Assembly: GCA_002238425.1 (NCBI GenBank)
Contig: MPMJ01000004.1
Location: forward strand, 37,454 to 101,453
Reading direction: 5' to 3'
DNA: 64,000 nt
Source of the DNA: SAR202 cluster bacterium bin16
GTDB lineage: Bacteria > Chloroflexota > Dehalococcoidia > Lucifugimonadales > Australimonadaceae
Position numbers and translations under genes: made by a program. The notes beneath the pieces are model-generated. The model was not told where the DNA came from and did not search any database. It saw nothing but the letters and a program-made list of their open reading frames with translations. Below are positions 33,775 to 40,879 of the stretch, piece by piece; the first letter of the stretch is position 1; every line of letters starts with the position of its first letter.

Positions 33775-34599
33775 ATGGCTGACTATCCCCGGAACGACCT
33801 GCTCGTCGAGACCGGCTGGCTCGCGGAGCATCTGACGGACCCGAACGTACGCGTCATCGAGATGGCGCAGGACGGCAGCGACTTCGAGGCCGGGCATATC
33901 CCCGGCGCGGCGCTCTCGCCGACCTGGCAGGTCAAGGGCTCGGAGCAGAAAAGGCTCGTCGCGCCGCCGGACGAGGCGAAGGCGTGGTTCGAGTCCGTGG
34001 GTATCGGCGACGACACGCTCGTCGTGGGGTACGACCGCTTCCACAGCCGGGACGCATCGCGCCTCTGGTGGGTGCTGAACTACTACGGACACACCAACGT
34101 TCGCGTCCTGAACGGCGGGTGGACGAAATGGATCGCGGAGGGGCGCGACGTCGAGGCCGGCCCTTCACAGGTGACCGGCGGCGGCGTGACCTTCACTCCG
34201 CAGCCTCCGAACCATGACATCGAATCGGACGTCGACAAACTCAAGGCCGCGGTTGGCGCGGACGACACCGTCATCTGGGACGTGCGGACGGAGGACGAGT
34301 ACACGGGAGCGAACTCGCGCGGCAACGCTCGGGTAGGGCACGTGCCCGGCGCGGCGTTCCTGGAGTGGGTGCATCTCGTGGCGGACGACGACACCTTCAA
34401 GTCCGCGGAGGAGATCGAGGAGATAGCGCGCGGGCTCGGCATCACGCCGGAGAAGACGGTCCACGTCTACTGACAGGGCGGGGTGCGTGCGTCGCACGCC
34501 ATGCTCGCCCTCAAGCTCATCGGCCACGAGTCTGTGTGCATGTACGACGGCTCGATGGGCGAGTGGGCCAACCGGGACGATACCCCGCTGGAGGTGTAG
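33775..34599 (+). CDS. Two-domain rhodanese (thiosulfate/3-mercaptopyruvate sulfurtransferase family) with in-frame TGA (candidate selenocysteine) at the active-site position, 34471-34473
   Basis: ORF 33775..34473 stops at ..EKTVHVY-TGA. The same frame continues QGGVRASHAMLALKLIGHESVCMYDGSMGEWANRDDTPLEV to TAG at 34597-34599. The TGA occupies the catalytic Cys of the rhodanese C-x-x-G-x-R-(S/T/A) loop. Confidence 0.8.
34485..34499 (+). promoter_or_regulatory. Candidate bacterial SECIS hairpin (6-bp stem, GUC loop) 11 nt after the UGA
   Basis: gcgugc-guc-gcacgc gives perfect Watson-Crick pairs between 34485-34490 and 34494-34499. An outer helix agggcg/cgcccu (34475-34480 / 34506-34511) encloses it. 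Confidence 0.6.
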
Positions 34600-34662
34600 G
34601 CGCATCGCCTACGGGGGGCGGGGCACAATCCCGTAACCTACTCCCGCCACGCCCATCCCCGA

Positions 34663-34722
34663 GTACCCTCACCGCGCGCTAAAGCGCGTTGCCCTCTCCC
34701 TACAAGGGGAGAGGGCAACGCG
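34663..34722. repeat. Family B variant with a 16-bp perfect hairpin (cgcgttgccctctccc / gggagagggcaacgcg) between convergent genes
   Basis: The head gtaccctcacc is followed by a stem at 34685-34700 / 34707-34722 with loop tacaag. A family C tail follows at 34729-34762. Confidence 0.8.
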
Positions 34723-34763
34723 TTCATCGAGAGGGCTCCCGGCTTCGCTCGAAATGACAAGTC

Positions 34764-35564
34764 TCACTCGATGGCGAACACCGCCTGCACGCGCACGCTC
34801 ACCTCGAGTTCGCCGCCGAAGAACTGCGTCGGTGGGCCAGCGGAGTCCATCGCCGCGACCGCGAACCGTGCCTCGGCCACCGGGAACTCATTGAAGCTGC
34901 CCTCCGATATGGAGACGAGCGGGCCGCGAACGACCGATAGCTGCCCTGCGTAGAGGTCGGCCTTCGCGAGGGCGTCCTCGATGGCGAGTATGCGCGCCTC
35001 TTCCTCGAGCGCGCTCGTGTCCTCTATCTGGAATGAGACGCTCTGCACGCGGGTGAGGTCGCCGCCTGCGGTCACCGCGCGGTCCACGACGTCGCCGGTG
35101 GCGTTCAGGTCGCGCAGCGTGACGCTGAGCGTGTTCGTCACCTGGAAGCCGAGCAGTTGCTGCTGTCCGTCGCGCACGTACTCGTAGCGGGGGTTGATGG
35201 AGAAGCGCGCCGTCCGGATGTCGTCCTCGGCGACCCCTGCGGCGCGCAACTCCTCAACGATGGCCGCGAGCGACCGCGCGGCGTCGTCCCGCGCCTCGCT
35301 CACGCTGTCGCGCAGCGCCTCGACGCCCAGCGAGATGACCGCGATGTCCGGCTCGCCGGAGACAGTGCCGACTCCTGCAGCGTGGATGCCGCTGTTCGTG
35401 TCGTAAACGATCGTGCTGTTGCCAGTGCGCAGGTTGGTTGCCGCGGAGCCGTCGGGGTCCCCATTGCCGTCGCCGGAGCAGGCGGCCAACACGGCCACCA
35501 TCACCAGCGCTGCGCTCAGCAGCAGGAGGGTCTTCCTGGCTCCGGATGTCTTGAGGGTGGTCAT
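34764..35564 (-). CDS. SIMPL-domain (DUF541) lipoprotein
   Basis: Trimmed to ATG 35562-35564. The signal peptide has the lipobox LAAC. GFQVTNTLSVTLRDL and GGELEVSVRVQAVFAI are typical of SIMPL/DUF541. Confidence 0.8.
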   Translation of the reverse strand: MTTLKTSGARKTLLLLSAALVMVAVLAACSGDGNGDPDGSAATNLRTGNSTIVYDTNSGIHAAGVGTVSGEPDIAVISLGVEALRDSVSEARDDAARSLAAIVEELRAAGVAEDDIRTARFSINPRYEYVRDGQQQLLGFQVTNTLSVTLRDLNATGDVVDRAVTAGGDLTRVQSVSFQIEDTSALEEEARILAIEDALAKADLYAGQLSVVRGPLVSISEGSFNEFPVAEARFAVAAMDSAGPPTQFFGGELEVSVRVQAVFAIE

Positions 35565-35710
35565 GCGTTCTCCTGTTCTGCCGGTTGGTCGCACGGCGTT
35601 CTCGTTAAGGATAACGTCCCGAACCGTAGCGCGGTTCCGGTGGCGATGCTCCCGCGCGGCGTTCCCGTATACTGAAGAGTACGCGCCGAGCCGCGCGTTC
35701 GTTCCCTGTC

Positions 35711-36283
35711 ATGCGCTCTATCCTCCGCGAAACCATCCAGACCATCGCGCTTGCGACCTTCTTCATCCTGCTGCTGCAGGGCGGTGTGCAGAACTACCGG
35801 GTGGAAGGCCCCAGCATGCTTCCCCTCCTGGAGAACCAGGACGGCGTGTTCGTCAACAAGCTGGCGTACGAGACGGTCGACGCGGAGCACGTGGCCCGCT
35901 GGGTCCCCGGGCTGGGCGCGGCGCCGGGCGAGGTGTGGTACCCGTTCGGCGAGCCGGGCTACGGCGACGTGGTCGTCTTCCGCTGGCCGAGGGACGAGCG
36001 GCAGTTCTTCGTGAAGCGTGTCATCGGCCTGCCCGGCGACGCCATCGAGATCGAGCGGGGCGAGATATACCGCAACGGCGAACCGCTCGCCGAGCCGTAC
36101 GTGGAGCACGCGTCCGGCGAGACGATCATCGAGCGCGTCGTGCCGGAAGGCCACTACTACGTGCTGGGCGACAATCGCGCGCAGAGCGACGACTCCCGCC
36201 GGTGGGGGTTCGTGCCCGCGGAGAACATCGTGGGCGAGCTGTGGTTCGGCTACTGGCCGCTGGAGCGTTTCGGCTTCTTCTAG
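35711..36283 (+). CDS. lepB: Signal peptidase I
   Basis: Carries the S26 boxes GPSMLPLL (catalytic Ser), YGDVVVFRWP, FVKRVIGLPGD (catalytic Lys) and GDNRAQSDDSRRWGFVP. Confidence 0.9.
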   Translation: MRSILRETIQTIALATFFILLLQGGVQNYRVEGPSMLPLLENQDGVFVNKLAYETVDAEHVARWVPGLGAAPGEVWYPFGEPGYGDVVVFRWPRDERQFFVKRVIGLPGDAIEIERGEIYRNGEPLAEPYVEHASGETIIERVVPEGHYYVLGDNRAQSDDSRRWGFVPAENIVGELWFGYWPLERFGFF

Positions 36284-36290
36284 GGCAGGG

Positions 36291-36341
36291 CGTGGTTCGA
36301 CAGGCTCACCACGAGCGAACGAGGCTCACCATGAGCGGACG
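36291..36341 (+). repeat. Family C repeat, 5' half with internal duplication
   Basis: cgtggttcgacaggctcaccacgagcgaacgaggctcaccatgagcgg. Confidence 0.7.
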
Positions 36342-36371
36342 AGCAGTGGTTTACGGTAGCCTTTAGGGGAT

Positions 36372-36446
36372 GCCCCCGTAGCTCAATGGCAGAGCGCCGG
36401 GCTTTTAACCCGGGCGTTGCAGGTTCGAGTCCTGTCGGGGGTACCA
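36372..36446 (+). tRNA. tRNA-Lys (anticodon UUU), CCA encoded
   Basis: Manual cloverleaf: acceptor gcccccg/cgggggu, D arm gctc-aatggca-gagc, anticodon arm ccggg-cuUUUaa-cccgg, variable gcgtt, T arm gcagg-ttcgagt-cctgt, discriminator A, CCA. Confidence 0.9.
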
Positions 36447-36694
36447 TGGTGTACCGATCTCATAACCTCCCAGTTGAAGGCGACCTACGCGGTCCCAACT
36501 GAGACGGAGCGCGCCACGTGATTCGAGCTTGCCCGCCTATCAACGCCAGGGCGAGGATATGATCCGCCTGGGAGCAGGGGTCCGGCTCCATGTGCCCCGG
36601 GCGGTGCGTCCGAGCGCTTCCGCAGGATCGAAGCGGATCGCGTCGTCCGCGTGAACCACTGGGAAGCAGACAACGCAATGTGAAGGGGACGTCG

Positions 36695-37819
36695 ATGGCT
36701 ACGGCAACAATGCTCACGACGATAGATGCTGATACCCATATCGATGAGACCGAGGACACCTGGGAATACATGGCCTCCAGCGAGGCGCAGTTCAAGCCCA
36801 TCGTCGGCTACCCCAGCAACCCCTCTCCCGGCAGGGCGACGCAGCGGTTCTGGGTCATCGACGGCGATCGCCAGCCGCGGCTGCACCGGGAAGACTCCAA
36901 GACGATGACCACCGTCGAAACGCGTGAGCTGCTGGACGTGGGGGCGCGGCTGCGGGACATGGACGGGGTCAACGTCCGTGCCCAGGTCATCTATCCCACG
37001 CTCTTTCTCGTTCAGCCCACTACCAGGGTTGAAGGAGACGTGGCCCTCAAGCGTGCGTACAACCGGTGGCTTGGGGACCGGTGTGCCGAGTCCGAGGGCC
37101 GGTTGGGATGGCTGTGCCTCCCTCCGCTGATGGACATGGACGAGGCGGTCAAGGAAGTACGATGGGCCAGGGACCACGGGGCGGTCGGCATCTTCAAGAA
37201 GGGCAACAGGGAAGCGGACCACAACTTCACGGACGAGTATTTCGACCCCTTGTGGGAGGTGGCCAACGAACTGGAGATGGCGGTCTGCATGCACATCGGC
37301 AGCGGCATCCCCAACACCCGCGAGAACCGGACGGATGGCGATTTCCGGGGCCCCCGGGTGCCCTTTGCCTACCTGCCAGAGACATTTTCGTCGATGGTGC
37401 TGAGCAAGTTGCCTCACCGGTATCCGAGCATCCGTTGGGGGTTCATCGAAGCCGCATCAGGGTGGATACCGCACGAGCTCTACCAGATCAGGCGGCGCAT
37501 GGATCATCCTGGTTCTCTGGGGCCGTCTTCGAAGACGCTCACGTACGCTGATCTGCCGGACGGGTTCAACACGCTGCACGACACGCTGCGGGAGCTGAAC
37601 ATCTTCGTCACCTGCCTGGTGGACGAAGACCTGCCCTACATCCTGAAGTTCGCAGGTGAGGACAACATCGTAGTGGGCTCGGACTACACGCACGCCGACC
37701 AGTCCCAGGAGCGGAACTTCCAGGAAGCGCTTCAGGCGCGGGTCGAGGCAGGGGAGCTGTCGCAGCAGGCTGTCGACAAGATCTTGTGCGACAACGCCAG
37801 GCGACTCTACGGCATGTAA
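36695..37819 (+). CDS. Amidohydrolase-2 family metal-dependent hydrolase
   Basis: Trimmed to ATG 36695 (MATATMLTTIDADTHIDETEDTW: DxH metal motif), with ..CMHIGSG.. and ..VGSDYTHAD.. conserved positions. Confidence 0.85.
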   Translation: MATATMLTTIDADTHIDETEDTWEYMASSEAQFKPIVGYPSNPSPGRATQRFWVIDGDRQPRLHREDSKTMTTVETRELLDVGARLRDMDGVNVRAQVIYPTLFLVQPTTRVEGDVALKRAYNRWLGDRCAESEGRLGWLCLPPLMDMDEAVKEVRWARDHGAVGIFKKGNREADHNFTDEYFDPLWEVANELEMAVCMHIGSGIPNTRENRTDGDFRGPRVPFAYLPETFSSMVLSKLPHRYPSIRWGFIEAASGWIPHELYQIRRRMDHPGSLGPSSKTLTYADLPDGFNTLHDTLRELNIFVTCLVDEDLPYILKFAGEDNIVVGSDYTHADQSQERNFQEALQARVEAGELSQQAVDKILCDNARRLYGM

Positions 37820-37917
37820 CAGCCGGTGAGGGTGCGAGGCTTCTCCCACGGACGGCTGGCCCCTGCACCACATCGGAGGAGACTCGCTAGCGGGCGCTGT
37901 GCAGACGGGGAGGGACT

Positions 37918-39078
37918 ATGCCTCACGCACTCGATGGAATAAGGGTGATCGACCTCACGACGGGCATCGCCGGTCCCGGCACCGCCGTGTACCTTGCCGA
38001 TCAGGCCGCCGAGGTCATAAGGGTCGAACCGCCGCCTCAGGCCGCCTCCGCCGACCCGGCTGCCGACGCTGGTACGGGTTACGTCGTGCAGAACCGGAAC
38101 AAGCAGAGCATGACGTTGAACCTCGCCACCCCGGAGGGGAGGGAGGTCTTCAGGAGGCTCGCCGAGTCCTCCGACATCCTGATCGGGAACATGCGTCTCG
38201 CTGCTGCTCAGAAGCTTGGCGTCGACTACGATTCGGTCCAGGCGATCAATCCCCGGCTCATCTACGCATCCATCAGTGCGTACGGCAGCAGGGGCCCGTA
38301 TGCGGGCAAGCCGGGCTATGACCGCCTCACCCAGGGATTCTCAGGCGCGCAGTACCGGCGCTGGGAGAATGGCGTGCCGGTGAGCACGGGCATCTTCCTC
38401 TCAGACCCGTGCATACCGATGCTGCTGGGCTACGCCATCACGCTGGCTCTCCTCCAGCGGGAGAGGACCGGCCGCGGGCAGCTGATCGAGACCTCGCTGC
38501 TGCACGCCGCGATAGCCATGCAGATGACCAACCTGGTCAAGTTCGAGAACGAGGAGGAGCCCCATCGCGAACTCGAGATGCCTGCCTACGGCATCTACCG
38601 TTGCGCCGACGATGTCTACGTCAACGTGACCGCGCTTCGTCCGGCGCAGTTCCACCGCCTATGCATGGTGCTCGAGCTGCCGCACATCGCCGAGGACCCT
38701 CGCGCGAAGCTGCCTGACAACAGCACCAGGGACTTCCGCGAGGAGATCTACCCGGTGTTCGAAGCGGTCTTCGAGACCAAACCCTCGAAGGAATGGCTGA
38801 GATTGCTCGACGAGGCAGACGTCCCGGTGGCTCCCGTGCTGGAACGTGACCAGGTCTTCTATGAACCCCAGATGGTTGAGAATGACATGTTCGTAAGGGT
38901 GAACCATCCTGAGAAAGGGCCGGTGCTTTCGTTCGCCCCTCCCTTCACCATGTCGGGGGTTGACCCGGTGGACCACCGGCCGCCTCCTCTGTTGGGTGAG
39001 CACACCGGTCAGGTGTTGAATGGTCTGGGGTACTCGTCCGAAGAGATAGAGGGGCTGCGCGCGACGGGCGTGGTCTAG
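37918..39078 (+). CDS. Family III CoA-transferase (CaiB/BaiF)
   Basis: LDGIRVIDLTTGIAGPGTAVYLADQAAEVIRVEPP at the N-terminus, with a GYDRLTQGFSG region containing the catalytic-type Asp. Confidence 0.9.
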   Translation: MPHALDGIRVIDLTTGIAGPGTAVYLADQAAEVIRVEPPPQAASADPAADAGTGYVVQNRNKQSMTLNLATPEGREVFRRLAESSDILIGNMRLAAAQKLGVDYDSVQAINPRLIYASISAYGSRGPYAGKPGYDRLTQGFSGAQYRRWENGVPVSTGIFLSDPCIPMLLGYAITLALLQRERTGRGQLIETSLLHAAIAMQMTNLVKFENEEEPHRELEMPAYGIYRCADDVYVNVTALRPAQFHRLCMVLELPHIAEDPRAKLPDNSTRDFREEIYPVFEAVFETKPSKEWLRLLDEADVPVAPVLERDQVFYEPQMVENDMFVRVNHPEKGPVLSFAPPFTMSGVDPVDHRPPPLLGEHTGQVLNGLGYSSEEIEGLRATGVV

Positions 39079-39123
39079 TTCTCGACAGGGTGTACCTACC
39101 CCCCGAGGAAAGCAGGTGCCTGA

Positions 39124-39897
39124 ATGGCAGAAGTCCACTACGAGAAGCGCGGGTACGTGGTGCTCATCACGATGGAGGGGGACAACGACCTCAACCTGGG
39201 GATGACGACGGACCTGCTCTACGATCGCCTGGCTGCGTACGCGGCCGACGACGAGCTCCGTTGCGCCATCATCACGGGCGCCGGGCAGCGGGCCTTCTCG
39301 GCCGGTGGCAACCTCAAGAGCGCCGCTCGTTCCGGGCGTATCGGCGGGCCGAGCTCTGTTTGGGACCCCAGCCCTCTCACCATCATCAACGGCCTCGAAC
39401 TGCGCAAACCCATCATCGCCGCGGTCAACGGCCATGCCATCGGGGGCGGCTGCATGCTGGCGCTCGCCTGCGATATACGCATCGCCTCCGAAAACGCGGA
39501 GTTCAGCATCCCGGAGATCAAGTACGGGATTCCTCCCGGAATGGGCGCTCCTCAACGCCTTCCCAACCTCATTCCGCTGGGCGCCGCGTTGGAAATGCTC
39601 CTCACCGGCGACCGGGTCAAGGCTGACCAGGCGTTGCAGTGGGGCCTCGTCAACCGGGTCGTGCCGCAGGACGAACTGCTGGACGCTGCGTTCGATCTCG
39701 CCAATCGTATCGCTGCCAGTCCTCCTCTTGCCGTGAAGGCGGTCAAGGAGATCGTGTACAGGTCTCGCGAGATGTCGTTCCGGGACGCCATCCGCATGTC
39801 CGAACTGCTCGGATACATCGGACGCGAAACCGAAGATGCCCAGGAGGGCCTTCGCGCGTTCGCCGAGAAGCGGAAGCCAGATTTCAAGGGACGCTGA
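39124..39897 (+). CDS. Enoyl-CoA hydratase/isomerase (crotonase family)
   Basis: ITGAGQRAFSAGGNLK, AAVNGHAIGGGCMLALACDIRIA and PEIKYGIPPGMG are crotonase-fold oxyanion-hole motifs. Confidence 0.9.
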   Translation: MAEVHYEKRGYVVLITMEGDNDLNLGMTTDLLYDRLAAYAADDELRCAIITGAGQRAFSAGGNLKSAARSGRIGGPSSVWDPSPLTIINGLELRKPIIAAVNGHAIGGGCMLALACDIRIASENAEFSIPEIKYGIPPGMGAPQRLPNLIPLGAALEMLLTGDRVKADQALQWGLVNRVVPQDELLDAAFDLANRIAASPPLAVKAVKEIVYRSREMSFRDAIRMSELLGYIGRETEDAQEGLRAFAEKRKPDFKGR

Positions 39898-39938
39898 GGC
39901 GGAGCCGTACGAGAACAGGAGCAGCCGGGGGTGCAACC

Positions 39939-40856
39939 TTGACGACACACAAAGAACTGTCGCTGCATGAAGCAGCAGCCGTTACGGGAGTCACCATCGC
40001 GGACAACAGGTTGCCCGCCAGCCGCTACGCGGACGTCGGCATCCGCCTTCACTACCTCGACTGGGGGAGCGAAGACAAGCCCTGGCTCCTGTGCCTGCAT
40101 GGCGCCGCCCAGAACGCTCACATGTGGGACTTCACCGCACTGGCGCTGTGCACCCGCTATCGCGTTATCGCGGTCGATCAACGTGGCCACGGCGACAGCG
40201 CATGGGCGCCGAATGGGGAGTACGACCGGGCGTCCTACGTCGAAGACGTCGGGAACTTCGTAGGCCACCTTGGCATGGAGAATCTCGTCCTCGTGGGCCT
40301 GTCCATGGGAGGGAGCAACTCGGTGGCCTACGCGGCCGCACACCCGGACAGGGTCAAGGCGCTGGTCGTTGTTGACGTCGGGCCGGAGCCGGCGAGCAAT
40401 GGCGGGAGAGTGGTGAATAACTTCGTCACGCAGAAGGACGTCCTCGACACCTACGAGGAGTTCGTCCAGCGCGTCATCGCGTACAGCCCTTTCCGCCCGG
40501 AGTGGCAGATCAGAGGCTCCCTGCGGCACAGCCTCATGCAGCGCCCCGATGGCAAATGGACGTGGAAGTACGACCCTGTCCTCAGGGACCCGGCCCGTCG
40601 CGCTCAACAGCAAAGCGTGAGAGAAGACCCAGCGTCCCGCTGGGAGCTCTGGGAGCGCATCGCCTGTCCCACACTCATCATCCGCGGCGAACAGAGCGAC
40701 GTACTGAGTAGCGAGGTCGCTCAGCGGATGCTGGAGCGCAACCGCAACAGCCGCCTGGTCGAGGTTCCTAATGCGGGCCACCGCGTTCCCGGCGACAACC
40801 CGGTGGCGTTCGAGGAGGCCGTTCGCGCCTTCCTGGATGAAGTCGACGCCCCATAG
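39939..40856 (+). CDS. Alpha/beta-fold hydrolase
   Basis: CLHGAAQNAHMWD, nucleophile elbow GLSMGG and a C-terminal VPNAGHRVPGDNP. Start tentatively TTG 39939, since there is no in-frame ATG near the N-terminus. Confidence 0.75.
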   Translation: MTTHKELSLHEAAAVTGVTIADNRLPASRYADVGIRLHYLDWGSEDKPWLLCLHGAAQNAHMWDFTALALCTRYRVIAVDQRGHGDSAWAPNGEYDRASYVEDVGNFVGHLGMENLVLVGLSMGGSNSVAYAAAHPDRVKALVVVDVGPEPASNGGRVVNNFVTQKDVLDTYEEFVQRVIAYSPFRPEWQIRGSLRHSLMQRPDGKWTWKYDPVLRDPARRAQQQSVREDPASRWELWERIACPTLIIRGEQSDVLSSEVAQRMLERNRNSRLVEVPNAGHRVPGDNPVAFEEAVRAFLDEVDAP

Positions 40857-40879
40857 CCCGCGTGGCCGGCGCCAGGAGA

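Noticed and set aside
36447-36694. Genomic island integrated at tRNA-Lys (a catabolic cluster follows the tRNA).
   Set aside because: No integrase is present. I could find no direct repeat of the tRNA 3' end downstream, and there is no obvious compositional break.
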